IMG/VR virus record: IMGVR_UViG_3300034272_001701
Coordinates: 48,473 to 112,472 of that record
Direction: 5' to 3' (one strand)
Length of the DNA stretch: 64,000 nucleotides
From: a virus
Numbering within the stretch: the first letter of the stretch is position 1; each line of letters opens with the position of its first letter. The position numbers and the translations under genes were made by a program. This document shows positions 1 to 9,877 of this stretch, one piece after another. The notes beneath the pieces were generated by a model, which saw only the letters and a list, made by a program, of their open reading frames with translations, ran no database searches and was not told where the DNA came from.

Positions 1-2
1 GT

Positions 3-473
3 TTAGAAAGTCTGCATCGTAATGGATTGATGAAGAAAGTACCTACCAATCAAGTATTAGTTACACCAACTACTACAAGCAGTGTAAGACTTGACGAACT
101 CAATGACATTCTTGACGAAATGGCCAAGGGTCAAGAAGCCATGGAACGACTGCAAAATCTTGATGCTAATAGAGGCTTAACTGGAAAGAAAAATAATACT
201 CCACCTCGTCGGGCTGAGATTCAAGAACTAGGCGAAAGAAAAACTCGCGAAGCACAAGGTAATACCAGTGCAGCAGAAATGTTAACCAGTATGCTCAGTG
301 ATAGTGATTTGGCAGCACAAAGAGCTGACCAAGCTGCCAAAATGGAAGCAACCGCACAACAATTATTAGCCGAAGCTGCACGTCTCAAAGCAGAAGCAGA
401 AAGTTTAAGCCCAAAGGTCGACGATGTCGGAACAAAAACCAAAAAAACCTCGACTAAAAAGCAAGCGGCTTAA
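3..473 (+). CDS. Hypothetical phage protein, 5'-truncated by the window edge
   Basis: The frame is open from position 3 (LESLHRNGLMKKVPT...), so the true start lies upstream. The C-terminus is helical and Ala/Gln-rich with a Lys-rich tail. Confidence 0.7.
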   Translation, partial: LESLHRNGLMKKVPTNQVLVTPTTTSSVRLDELNDILDEMAKGQEAMERLQNLDANRGLTGKKNNTPPRRAEIQELGERKTREAQGNTSAAEMLTSMLSDSDLAAQRADQAAKMEATAQQLLAEAARLKAEAESLSPKVDDVGTKTKKTSTKKQAA

Positions 474-765
474 CTTAGATAGCAAAGCAAAATGGGAATC
501 TATTTTAAAATCTGTAGAGAAAAAAGAAATTCCCATTGCTATGCTTGAAAGTATGAGCGTTAACTTAACTGATGGCACAGAAGTAAGTATCAATATAAAA
601 GAACTGTTAGATGAAGGCAACGACCCTAACGAACTTGAAAAAATGATCAAAGTAAAGTTGAGTGCGTTAGATCATATAATAAACGATATTGATTTTTACA
701 TCAGTGTTAAAGCAGTTGCAAAAGTGGTACAACCGGCCACAGATAACATTTTAAAAAACTTATGA
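424..765 (+). CDS. Hypothetical protein
   Basis: 113-aa ORF that overlaps both neighbours; ATGA coupling to DHFR. Confidence 0.7.
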   Translation: MSEQKPKKPRLKSKRLNLDSKAKWESILKSVEKKEIPIAMLESMSVNLTDGTEVSINIKELLDEGNDPNELEKMIKVKLSALDHIINDIDFYISVKAVAKVVQPATDNILKNL

Positions 766-1268
766 TTTGTACAATATTTGCCACGGACCAAATGGGAACA
801 TTTGGTAATCGTGGAACTTTGCCATGGCCCATGGATCCCGAGGATATGGCCTGGTTTCGAGAACATACACTAAATCAAATTGTAGTAATGGGTCGTAATA
901 CTTGGGACGATCCAAAAATGAAGAAGCCACTGCCTGATAGGATCAATTGTGTAATCACAAATAAACCATTAAACATGCCAACAGTAAGAAGGTTATCGGG
1001 AGATTATAAAAAACAAATTCGAGAGCTTCAAGACTTATATCCAAAAAAAAATATTTTTATAATTGGCGGTCCGGATATCATTATGGATTGCAAAGATCTA
1101 ATAGATTATGCATATATCACGCATCGCAAAGGTGCTGCCTTTAGCGATGTCCGAATTGATATGCGGGCATTTATGGTTGGTATGAGAATCACAAGCAGTA
1201 GACCTAGCACGGATAAAATGTTAAACTTTAGTATCTATAAAAACGTAGATATTTTCAGACCTTTATAA
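762..1268 (+). CDS. frd: Dihydrofolate reductase
   Basis: Motifs GNRGTLPW..EDMAWF, VVMGRNTW, PLPDRINCVIT and IFIIGG; immediately upstream of thymidylate synthase. Confidence 0.93.
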   Translation: MICTIFATDQMGTFGNRGTLPWPMDPEDMAWFREHTLNQIVVMGRNTWDDPKMKKPLPDRINCVITNKPLNMPTVRRLSGDYKKQIRELQDLYPKKNIFIIGGPDIIMDCKDLIDYAYITHRKGAAFSDVRIDMRAFMVGMRITSSRPSTDKMLNFSIYKNVDIFRPL

Positions 1269-2186
1269 ATGGAACAACAATATTTAACAGCATTGCGTGA
1301 TGTTTTAGAAACAGGGACACGCAGAGATGATCGTACGGGCGTGGGTACCATTGCCAAATTTGGTATGCAGCAACGTTACGACCTCGACCAAGGTTTTCCT
1401 GCAATAACTACTAAAAAATTAGCATGGAAAAGCGTAGTCGGCGAACTACTTTGGATGATCGAAGGATCAGGTGATGAGCGTAGACTGGCAGAAATTACAC
1501 ACGGAACCCGAGACGGTACTGTGACTATCTGGACTCCTAATGCGCTTGCACCTTACTGGCAACCTCGGGCCAAGTTCGAAGGCGACCTGGGTCGTGTTTA
1601 CGGAGTACAATGGCGTCATTGGCGTACTGTTAAACAACGAGAAGCAAACGGTAGTTTCAAAGACAGTTTTGGTAGTACTTATCGTAGAGTAGGTAATAAT
1701 ATAGAAGTAAAAGAAGTTGATCAACTAAAGTCGCTGATCGAGGGTATAAAAGCAGACCCATACGGACGAAGACATATATTAACAGCGTGGAACCCAGGCG
1801 AGTTAGACGTCATGGCCTTGCCCCCGTGTCATTGCTTTGCACAGTTTTATGTAGCAGATGGTAGACTCAGCTGCCAGATGTATCAAAGAAGTTGCGACAT
1901 GTTTCTAGGTGTACCGTTCAATGTCGCCAGCTATAGCCTATTAACGGCTATGATAGCACAAGTGTGCGGTTTAAAAGTCGGCGAGTTCGTTCACGTTCTA
2001 GGCGATGCACACATATACCTAGACCATGTGGAGCAGGTTAATGAACAGTTGACACGTGAACCATTTCCTGCCCCGCAATTGTACCTCAATCCTGAGATTA
2101 CTGATATTACCAAGTTTACCATGGCAGATATTAGATTAGAAAATTATCAAAGCCACGACGCTATTCGAGCAAGGATGGCAGTGTAA
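1269..2186 (+). CDS. thyA: Thymidylate synthase (canonical dUMP type)
   Basis: Motifs DRTGVGT, ELLW, YGVQWR, GRRHILTAWNP, LPPCH (catalytic Cys), YQRSCDMFLGVPFN (Asn specifying dUMP) and GDAHIY. No intron. Confidence 0.97.
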   Translation: MEQQYLTALRDVLETGTRRDDRTGVGTIAKFGMQQRYDLDQGFPAITTKKLAWKSVVGELLWMIEGSGDERRLAEITHGTRDGTVTIWTPNALAPYWQPRAKFEGDLGRVYGVQWRHWRTVKQREANGSFKDSFGSTYRRVGNNIEVKEVDQLKSLIEGIKADPYGRRHILTAWNPGELDVMALPPCHCFAQFYVADGRLSCQMYQRSCDMFLGVPFNVASYSLLTAMIAQVCGLKVGEFVHVLGDAHIYLDHVEQVNEQLTREPFPAPQLYLNPEITDITKFTMADIRLENYQSHDAIRARMAV

Positions 2187-3253
2187 TGAGTGGTAATATT
2201 ACAATTTACTTAGGTGATGATACTCCAGCATTTCATACCTATGTAAAAAGAAATGACCCATTAGCACATGAATACAGATTAAACGGAGATAATAATACAA
2301 TTGTTTGGATCAAAATTGATGATTACACTCCAAAAGATCTTAATAAGATTTTTTTAGAAGCAAAACAAGTTATATACTGCCCTCCTGTGAATTGGAAAAA
2401 CAACGAGCTTGAGTATTATACTAAAGGGTGGATAGAGTACCTTAGTTCTAGACGATCTGTTAAAACACTCAGAGTAGGAAAATACGGATTGGGTCCAACG
2501 GATTACGAATCACAAGATTTTATTATTCCAAGTTTTTTAAAACCAATTGCCAATCGTTTAACAGACGATAAACAAATTTGGATGGCAGGTTGTAGTTTTA
2601 CCAACGGTCACGGATTAGATGATAAAAATTTACGATTTGGTCAATTGTTTGCCGATAATTTAAATTTACCAGTTTCATTTCTTACAATGAATGGTGCATC
2701 AAATCAATGGACCGCTGATCAAATCCTTAAGGCAGATATACGATCCGGAGATATATTATTTTTTGGTGTCACAGGTACAGCAAGGAGTACCATTTATACT
2801 AAAGATCGATTATGGCCTATTACAATCAATGAACTAAACAAAAAATTACCTCTTTATCAAAAGTTAATTGTCGACAATAACAAGATTGCTCCAATGCGTC
2901 GAATGATCACAGAGGAATTCTTGCTTTCCGATCACAGTTTTTACGAATCAATCAATCATATTGAACAAGCGTTTAACTATCTTAAAAAATTAAAAGTCAA
3001 TTTTTTAATTGGTTATTTTGCTGATTTAGATTTCCCTTATTTAGATCATATGGGTAAAATGATGCATTACATGTTGAGTCATAACGATCCCCGATTGTTT
3101 GTAATCAAACCAGAATATCCTTGGAAAGATATTATTATTAGAAACCCTCAAGATACAAACAATGATGATGCTCCTGTACATCATCCAGGTCCAAATCAAC
3201 ACAAAATTTACGCAAACGATTTATTATCTATATATAACGAATTATATCAATGA
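2186..3253 (+). CDS. SGNH/GDSL-like hydrolase-fold protein with an unknown N-terminal region
   Basis: Block I GCSFT, GASN, and C-terminal D..(H)HPG..QH; very AT-rich. Confidence 0.55.
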   Translation: MSGNITIYLGDDTPAFHTYVKRNDPLAHEYRLNGDNNTIVWIKIDDYTPKDLNKIFLEAKQVIYCPPVNWKNNELEYYTKGWIEYLSSRRSVKTLRVGKYGLGPTDYESQDFIIPSFLKPIANRLTDDKQIWMAGCSFTNGHGLDDKNLRFGQLFADNLNLPVSFLTMNGASNQWTADQILKADIRSGDILFFGVTGTARSTIYTKDRLWPITINELNKKLPLYQKLIVDNNKIAPMRRMITEEFLLSDHSFYESINHIEQAFNYLKKLKVNFLIGYFADLDFPYLDHMGKMMHYMLSHNDPRLFVIKPEYPWKDIIIRNPQDTNNDDAPVHHPGPNQHKIYANDLLSIYNELYQ

Positions 3254-3480
3254 TATTACACTCGTTTACAATGGGCGATGTTGAAGATCCTTATCTGTAT
3301 GCTGCTTTTCCTATTAGTGATTGGCAACAGACCGAACACGGCAAATGGATAATGTCAAATGTAATTGGTGAACCTACATTTCATATCACGCCTGATCCAA
3401 ATACATTTGGATACCGTGTGGTAATAACAGGCGATCTTACACCCGAAGCAGCAACATTCTTTACATTAAAATATCGATGA
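3250..3480 (+). CDS. Small hypothetical phage protein (GDVEDP motif)
   Basis: 76-aa ORF with ATGA overlaps at both ends. Confidence 0.7.
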   Translation: MILHSFTMGDVEDPYLYAAFPISDWQQTEHGKWIMSNVIGEPTFHITPDPNTFGYRVVITGDLTPEAATFFTLKYR

Positions 3481-4445
3481 GAGCATTAATCACTGGCGCA
3501 GCTGGATTTATTGGACACAATGTTGTTTACTATCTTGAAAAGCAAGGAGTAGAATGTTTTGGTGTTGACAATAGAACCAACTATGGTTTTATTCCAGCCG
3601 ACGAGTTAGACTACTTGATACGAGGTAGATTACGAAAAATAAGATCATCTCCTTTGGTTGGCGATATAAGAAACACCGAAGACATGCGTAGTCGAGTTGG
3701 TACTTTTAGTTGTGATACTATTATTCATTTAGCTAGTTTTCCTAGACAGAAAGTTGTTCAGCAGTCACCGGTAGTAGCAAGCGAAGTGATGATTACTGGT
3801 TTAATAAATTTATTAGAAGCGGCTGTAGTACACAAAGTAAAAAAATTTGTATACATAAGTTCTAGCATGGTATATGGAAATTTTGAATCTGGTGTCAATG
3901 AATCAGCTGTTTGCTGTCCCCAAGGTCAATACGGAATCATGAAATATATGGGCGAGAAGCTTGTTGAGGATTATTGTACAAGACACGCAATACCGTATAT
4001 AATTATTAGACCAAGTGCAGTATACGGTGAATGGGACGTCGAGGATCGTGTAGTGAGTAAATTTGCATTAGCAGCATTGCGTGATCAAGAACTAACTGTG
4101 CGAGGCGCTAATGAACGTCTTGATTTTACACATGTTGACGATACTGCTCAAGGAATTGTTGCAGGTATTTTAAGTAAAAATACAGCCAATAAAATATATA
4201 ATATCACACGCAGTGATTCAAACACATTAACTCTATTACAAGCAGCAGAGTTGATAACTGAAATTGTAGGTAAAGGTTCTATCAAGGTAGCAGATAGAGA
4301 TTTAAACTTTCCAAGTCGCGGTAGATTGAGTATAGATCGAGCACAACAGGATTTTAATTTTGATCCAAAAATAAATGTAAAAGAAGGATTTGAGCGTTAT
4401 ATTGATTGGTTAAAATCTTCAACCTATTGGCAGAGTCGACTATGA
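3477..4445 (+). CDS. NAD-dependent nucleotide-sugar epimerase/dehydratase (extended SDR)
   Basis: TGAAGFIG Rossmann motif, IIHLA, SSSMVYG, catalytic YGIMK (YxxxK), RPSAVYG and DFTHVDD. Confidence 0.92.
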   Translation: MRALITGAAGFIGHNVVYYLEKQGVECFGVDNRTNYGFIPADELDYLIRGRLRKIRSSPLVGDIRNTEDMRSRVGTFSCDTIIHLASFPRQKVVQQSPVVASEVMITGLINLLEAAVVHKVKKFVYISSSMVYGNFESGVNESAVCCPQGQYGIMKYMGEKLVEDYCTRHAIPYIIIRPSAVYGEWDVEDRVVSKFALAALRDQELTVRGANERLDFTHVDDTAQGIVAGILSKNTANKIYNITRSDSNTLTLLQAAELITEIVGKGSIKVADRDLNFPSRGRLSIDRAQQDFNFDPKINVKEGFERYIDWLKSSTYWQSRL

Positions 4446-5542
4446 ATGTGGTTCCGTTTTTTGGGGTAGATAGACAATATAAAAATCTACGCGAAGAAAT
4501 TCTTGACATCACTGATAGAGTGTACTCTACCGGTCGAGTACTAGATGGAAACTATACTCAAGAATTTGAATTGCGAATCGCGAGACGCTGTAATAGAGCG
4601 TATGCATTGGCAGTGAACTCAGGCACCCAAGGCCTAATATTTGCACAACAGGCTGTGTTAACGAAACCACCGTACGCTGTTTTAATCCCCACTGTTAGTT
4701 TTGTAGCTACTATTAATAGTGTTCTAATGAACGGATTTATTCCGGTATTTTGTGATGTAGATTTTAAAGGAATTTTAGATTTAGATTCTTATCAATACAA
4801 ATTAGATGCCAGTGTAGGTGCAATCATGTATGCGAATCTATTCGGTAATTGCATCGATTGGAATAGATTTAGAATGCAAACAGAATTCTTCAACGACGAT
4901 TTGGCTGTAATCGAAGATGCCGCACAAAGTTTTGGTGCAAGTTATCGAGGTATACCTAGTGGCAAGATGGGAGATATCAGTGTATTAAGTTTTGATCCAA
5001 CCAAGAACTTGAACAACTACGGGTCAGGCGGAATGATCTTGACTGACAATCTTGATTACTATAACACTTGCTTGGCATTAAGAGACAATGGCAAAGCCAT
5101 CCATGACATACCAGGCACTAACAGTAAAATGAGCGAAGCTGACTGCGCTCAAATGTTAGTCAAACTCAATCACTTTGATGCTTGGCAAGATCGTAGACGA
5201 AAGATCGCCGAATACTATATTGATCAACTATATCAATACGTTGATATTCTTACGCCAAATGAAGGTGTAGAACATGCTTGGCACAAGTTTGTGATTAGAA
5301 CCAATCATAGAAACAGTTTGATGCAGAGACTAAGCTTGGATGGCATAGAAACCAAGATACATTACGAAAATGCCTTGTACGACCTGGGTGTGGGATTTAA
5401 CTATGTTGACTACAGCAGAGATCTATATACAGAAACTAGTGCATTTACTAGAGAGTGTTTGAGCTTGCCTATATATCCTGAATTGTCAGATGCCGAAGTT
5501 GAAACAGTTGCTGACAGTATCAAACGTTATATAGAGTCCTAA
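4442..5542 (+). CDS. DegT/DnrJ/EryC1/StrS PLP-dependent sugar aminotransferase
   Basis: Motifs NSGT, SFVAT, IEDAAQSFG, SFDPTKNL (PLP lysine), GGMI and LSLPIYP. Start reassigned to ATG 4442, giving an ATGA overlap with the epimerase stop. Confidence 0.92.
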   Translation: MNVVPFFGVDRQYKNLREEILDITDRVYSTGRVLDGNYTQEFELRIARRCNRAYALAVNSGTQGLIFAQQAVLTKPPYAVLIPTVSFVATINSVLMNGFIPVFCDVDFKGILDLDSYQYKLDASVGAIMYANLFGNCIDWNRFRMQTEFFNDDLAVIEDAAQSFGASYRGIPSGKMGDISVLSFDPTKNLNNYGSGGMILTDNLDYYNTCLALRDNGKAIHDIPGTNSKMSEADCAQMLVKLNHFDAWQDRRRKIAEYYIDQLYQYVDILTPNEGVEHAWHKFVIRTNHRNSLMQRLSLDGIETKIHYENALYDLGVGFNYVDYSRDLYTETSAFTRECLSLPIYPELSDAEVETVADSIKRYIES

Positions 5543-7376
5543 ATCTATCAGCCAGCCAAGGCCAATCAAAACTAAGCATTAGTCGATCGTATTCTCCCGC
5601 AACTTCCGTGTAGTAATCAACTGCGTCTTGCGCTCCACGCAAACACCATTCAGCATAATCTCCATTGGCTGTTGTAAGCCATGTGTTGAGTCTATGTTCG
5701 GTCTCTAGTGTAGGTGACTGATCCATAAACAATTTTAATTTTAATACTTCTCTAAATGCTGTACGCCAAGTGGTCCACGGATCTTGGTTGAAGTATGCAA
5801 TGGCACTTAGTTCAGGAACCACAGTGTGTTTTTGACTTAGTGTAAAGTCTAGTCCAGACTCAATGGTTTCTAATACCAATCGTTTGTTGTAAGCAATTAC
5901 ACCCATGTGTCCGTACTCTAAACCGTTAAGACAATTGCGACTATGGAATATGTAATGCTTGGCTTCTTGCCAGTAGTCCGGTTGCCAAGTAAAATCAAAA
6001 CTTCCCATAACTTCTAATTTAGCAAACACAGCAAAGAACCACGCCGACTCACTTGCTTGTGCAGCAGCATGGTACGCAGCAACTCGTCCATTGACATTTT
6101 TTACTCTGTGAACCTTTTGATGTCCATGTGGTATCTGTGCATCTACCACTGTTACCAAATGATTGTACCAGCGTTCTGCATCAGGCTCTCCGTTGCTAAT
6201 ATACACAATATTCAGTGGTCGATCTGTATAATATGCGTCTTTTCTTGTTAAAACATACGGATAATCGTACAATTGTGTCTTGATATGTGCTCGAGCTTCT
6301 CTAGGTACTAGACTCATGCTACCTGACTGATTCAATGGCTCTGCAATTCTATCTTTTGGATGCCATATACACGGTGGTGTAAAAACTGGGTAAAGTGGAA
6401 ATTCTGTTGTCTTGAAAATGGTATAAGGAAATTGAAAGTCATGATTGGTAATTGGTTCAACAATACTATCACCATTGTATTGAACAATCGGAACATCCAC
6501 CGGCACTATTTGAGTGTTACAATAATGTATAACATTAAACCAATCAAGCAATTCCAACTCATACAGTTGTGTTCTCAAAGAAGGAACGTGTATATAAAAG
6601 GTATCTCCTCGTCGTTGTGCATATTGCCCACTATGCGAATACGTAGGAAATACGTGAATCATTTCTTGTTGTTCGGGTGCAGGGTGCCAAGTAAAATCAA
6701 AATCTGCGTACATACAAAAACTACTAATGATCCAAACATACTCTGTGGTTGCCAAGTTTGCAATTCGCTTAAACACATTTAGATGGCTATCAACATAACG
6801 AGTAGATTTTGAGTCCGGATATTGTTTTTTTATTTTAGCAAATTGTTCTTGGCTTCCTTTGTTGAGGAAATCCATATAGAAGATTTGTGTGGCACCTGAT
6901 TGAATATGCTGACTACTAACAAATTTTACGCCAGCAGTTCCTCGATATATTGGACCCCCATCACGCTGCCATTGTGTAGGAAAATGATATTCATAGTCTG
7001 GCTCTAGTTCATCTGGATGCCAACTATAGTCAAAATCTTCGTCATTGATATTAGCGGGTATGATCCATTTTGTTTTATCTGCCAGTCTTGTAGCTTTTTG
7101 TTCGTTTCTAAAATGCCATTCTTTATTATGTGTTGTATCTTTATTCGCTAGATATGCGCCGCCTGTGCGCTGCCATTGTGTACCAAAGCAGTGTATTTGA
7201 TTAGATTCCCAAGGAGCCGGGCGCCATGAAAAATCAAAATCAGCGTAATCGTTATCTCCATAAATATACCAGTAGTGTCCGGTTCTACTTTTCTCAGCTG
7301 CATCTTCTAACGAGTCAGCAGGCTGCTCATGTGCAAATCTATTAGGTTTAGCTCCATAATAAAAAACGTCAAACAT
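5520..7376 (-). CDS. Multi-repeat glycosyltransferase-A-like protein, probably catalytically degenerate
   Basis: Four copies of (D/S)FD(F/Y)(S/T)WxP. The C-terminal domain aligns by eye with 22193..23122 (ISNGEP..RVKNVNGRVAAYHAAA..WRTAFREVLKL), but the DGD motif is replaced by FAK. Confidence 0.55.
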   Translation of the reverse strand: MFDVFYYGAKPNRFAHEQPADSLEDAAEKSRTGHYWYIYGDNDYADFDFSWRPAPWESNQIHCFGTQWQRTGGAYLANKDTTHNKEWHFRNEQKATRLADKTKWIIPANINDEDFDYSWHPDELEPDYEYHFPTQWQRDGGPIYRGTAGVKFVSSQHIQSGATQIFYMDFLNKGSQEQFAKIKKQYPDSKSTRYVDSHLNVFKRIANLATTEYVWIISSFCMYADFDFTWHPAPEQQEMIHVFPTYSHSGQYAQRRGDTFYIHVPSLRTQLYELELLDWFNVIHYCNTQIVPVDVPIVQYNGDSIVEPITNHDFQFPYTIFKTTEFPLYPVFTPPCIWHPKDRIAEPLNQSGSMSLVPREARAHIKTQLYDYPYVLTRKDAYYTDRPLNIVYISNGEPDAERWYNHLVTVVDAQIPHGHQKVHRVKNVNGRVAAYHAAAQASESAWFFAVFAKLEVMGSFDFTWQPDYWQEAKHYIFHSRNCLNGLEYGHMGVIAYNKRLVLETIESGLDFTLSQKHTVVPELSAIAYFNQDPWTTWRTAFREVLKLKLFMDQSPTLETEHRLNTWLTTANGDYAEWCLRGAQDAVDYYTEVAGEYDRLMLSFDWPWLADRFRTLYNV

Positions 7377-8514
7377 GTATAATATTCACAGTCATTATGA
7401 AAATTTGTTGTCCTATCTAAACACTATTATAGCACAACCCACAGTAATATATTTTCATCCTTTTGGATCAACTCAACCAGAAAATATAGAATCTTTACAA
7501 AACGGAGGATTTGGTCCATTAGTTATTGCATACGATCAAGAACCTCTGTATTCTTTTTATAATACGCCGGTCTTTCAATACATTATTAAAAACTTTAAGA
7601 ACGACGAAGGGTTTACTCGTCCTATTATATTACTTAACACAGAAAAAGAAAGTGTCGAAAAAACTAAAATACTTAATCAATTTAATTTTAAAGATGCCAA
7701 TTATTTCTTCCACGGGCTGGCTGCTGCTGATTGGTACAGAGGATATCAATATTGTACAAATTTAATTCCGCCATCTAAAAGAACCATAAACAAAAAATAT
7801 ATAACCTTCAATCGTATAACTGGAAATTCTAGAGTGTACAGAAGTTTTCTAATAGGTGAATTAGCGCAACGAAATTTATTAGGGCAAGGGCATGTAAGTT
7901 ATAGTGAAGTTTGTCCAGTTCACGGTCGTTATGAAAAAAATATTTTAGAAACTATAAGCAAATATAATATACCGTCTGATTATGTTTTAAAAATTAAGTC
8001 CTATTTAGATGAGATCAAAGGTCCTTTAAGAATTGATTGTGAGGGTAATATACCAAACGGAAGTCAAACCATTGGACCTATTTCTGCTATTATAGAAAGC
8101 TTTTTGCATGTTGTTACAGAAACATGCTTCTGGGATCAGCGTACTCATCTTACTGAAAAAATATTTAAGCCTATTGTAGCAAAACAACCTTTTGTACTTT
8201 TAGGTTGTGTTGGTAATTTAAAATATTTAAAAAGCTACGGATTTAAAACGTTTGATGCTTGGTGGGACGAAGGTTATGATGACATTGCTGATCCCATTGA
8301 ACGAATACAAGCTGTAGTAAAAATAATCGAAGAAATCTGCAACACGTCGGACCAGGATCTTGAAAACATGTTGCGAGGAATGAATCATATACTTGAATAC
8401 AATTATGAACTTTTTTACAGTAAAGAGTTTGTTAACAGTATTTGGAACGAAATGACTTCTAGTCTGAAATCGTCAATTGCTCAACATTTACCCCAGACTT
8501 TAAAAGAAAATTGA
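7375..8514 (+). CDS. Putative glycosyltransferase (GT-B/GT10-like C-terminal domain, TEKIFKP family)
   Basis: C-terminal HVVTET..HLTEKIFKPI..QPFVLLG..LKYLKSYGFKTF..WDEGYD; paralog of 15895..16827. Confidence 0.5.
   Translation: MYNIHSHYENLLSYLNTIIAQPTVIYFHPFGSTQPENIESLQNGGFGPLVIAYDQEPLYSFYNTPVFQYIIKNFKNDEGFTRPIILLNTEKESVEKTKILNQFNFKDANYFFHGLAAADWYRGYQYCTNLIPPSKRTINKKYITFNRITGNSRVYRSFLIGELAQRNLLGQGHVSYSEVCPVHGRYEKNILETISKYNIPSDYVLKIKSYLDEIKGPLRIDCEGNIPNGSQTIGPISAIIESFLHVVTETCFWDQRTHLTEKIFKPIVAKQPFVLLGCVGNLKYLKSYGFKTFDAWWDEGYDDIADPIERIQAVVKIIEEICNTSDQDLENMLRGMNHILEYNYELFYSKEFVNSIWNEMTSSLKSSIAQHLPQTLKEN
7426..7436 (-). promoter_or_regulatory. Extended -10 promoter TGTGCTATAAT for the 5520..7376 gene
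   Basis: Perfect TGnTATAAT on the minus strand ~50 nt upstream of the start, inside the divergent gene. The same 11-mer precedes gp46. Confidence 0.55.
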
Positions 8515-8899
8515 TACCTGCACTATCTCTATAATCTTTTTTGTAGTACACTGAATGAATGCCACTTTGATAAATGAGTTTGGCACAATCTAAACAGGGT
8601 GCGTGAGTAATAAATATGTCCGCACCGAGCCCACTTTCATTTGACCTAGCAAGCTTTGCTATTGCATTTGTTTCTGCATGTAGTACTTCAGGTTTGGTTT
8701 TCAATGAAGTGGTGTCATCTGAATGTTGCACAACATCTTCACAGTTGTTATCCCAACCAGCCGGCATGCCATTATAGCCAATACTAATGATTCTATCATC
8801 TTTAACTACAATAGCACCTACATGTAATCTACGTGCATGACTAAGTTCTGCAAATGTTTCCGCAGTTTTCATATAAGCACGTTTAAACTTTTCTTTCAT
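8459..8899 (-). CDS. cd: dCMP deaminase
   Basis: VGAIVVKD..IISIGYNG and Zn motifs HAETNAI and PCLDC. Likely start MKEKF at 8899; the ORF track start at 8920 is also possible. Confidence 0.93.
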   Translation of the reverse strand: MKEKFKRAYMKTAETFAELSHARRLHVGAIVVKDDRIISIGYNGMPAGWDNNCEDVVQHSDDTTSLKTKPEVLHAETNAIAKLARSNESGLGADIFITHAPCLDCAKLIYQSGIHSVYYKKDYRDSAGINFLLKSGVNVEQLTISD

Positions 8900-9323
8900 A
8901 TTTGTTTTTAATTTGTTCATATATTATTTTTGCCCATTTTTCTGCATCTTGTTTGTCAACTTTTATATCGTACTTTTCCGGTGATACAAATATTTGATTG
9001 GTATCTGTATACCTGCTTTCATCTATGGTATCTACCCAAATAACAAAATTAGCATCAAAATTATCTCTCATGACTGGTAGTGGACAAACAAAATCGCATA
9101 TCACACAATCACTATTCATTTTGTCTGCCAGTTCTCGCATTCTAACGCTTTGTCTAATACGTCCTTCGACGCTAAAGTCCCAATCATCGTATGCTTGTCT
9201 GACTAGGTCTGCGTTAAACCATTCTACAGTTTTGTTGTCGTCCTGTATTAAATTGCGTAATGCTTCGGCCAATGTAGTTTTACCAGCACCGGGTAGGCCC
9301 ATGATCAAGATCTTGATTTTCAT
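8883..9323 (-). CDS. Adenylylsulfate-kinase (CysC)-like P-loop kinase, short form
   Basis: Walker A GLPGAGKTT, NADLVR, DFSVEGRIRQ, DFVCP..R. It appears to lack the CysC lid segment. Confidence 0.75.
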   Translation of the reverse strand: MKIKILIMGLPGAGKTTLAEALRNLIQDDNKTVEWFNADLVRQAYDDWDFSVEGRIRQSVRMRELADKMNSDCVICDFVCPLPVMRDNFDANFVIWVDTIDESRYTDTNQIFVSPEKYDIKVDKQDAEKWAKIIYEQIKNKYERKV

Positions 9324-9877
9324 ATTTTGTCAAACCATAACATTATGCTACACCTTGCTAAATCGTCTGGTATATCATGTTCTCTACCATGCATTACAGT
9401 GTATCCTTTATCAAAGAACCATCCATAATTATCTCTAAATGGCAATTGAAATAAAATTTCTTTGTTATCGTTATAAATTGTAGTACCAATAAATGGATAC
9501 TCTTTGTCTGAAATATAAATTTGAGCTAGGTATACACTTCCTTCGTTCTCATAGTGCGGCGCTAGTGTACCAAATCCAGCAAAATCAATCCACAAATCAA
9601 TTCCGGTATTTTGTACCTTGATTCCTAATAGGTGTTCAAGCTGTGTTAGTAAACTAGAAGAAATTACAAAATTTTTTAATGCATTGTACTTTTCGCTTTG
9701 TCCTTGATAAACATATCGTGGTCGCCCTTGTGCCCACTCAGGTATTTTCCAATCTACACTATCTGTTGTAAATTCATTGAATAATTTTTTAATTTTTTCG
9801 TGTATATCTTCGGGCAAAAATTCTTCAATTAAAAAAACTTTTGACCCAGTTGCTATGTTTACTGTATTAACAATCAT
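9320..9877 (-). CDS. Putative 2OG-Fe(II) oxygenase
   Basis: HxE (PHYE), a distal His (VMHG) and Arg (RCSI), in double-stranded beta-helix order with a GTTIY strand. Confidence 0.6.
   Translation of the reverse strand: MIVNTVNIATGSKVFLIEEFLPEDIHEKIKKLFNEFTTDSVDWKIPEWAQGRPRYVYQGQSEKYNALKNFVISSSLLTQLEHLLGIKVQNTGIDLWIDFAGFGTLAPHYENEGSVYLAQIYISDKEYPFIGTTIYNDNKEILFQLPFRDNYGWFFDKGYTVMHGREHDIPDDLARCSIMLWFDKI

Noticed and set aside
1269-2186. Thymidylate synthase as a base-modifying hydroxymethylase or intron host
   Set aside because: All canonical motifs, including the dUMP-specifying Asn, are present; it is paired with DHFR and the ORF is uninterrupted. The ~20-aa loop insertion is in frame.
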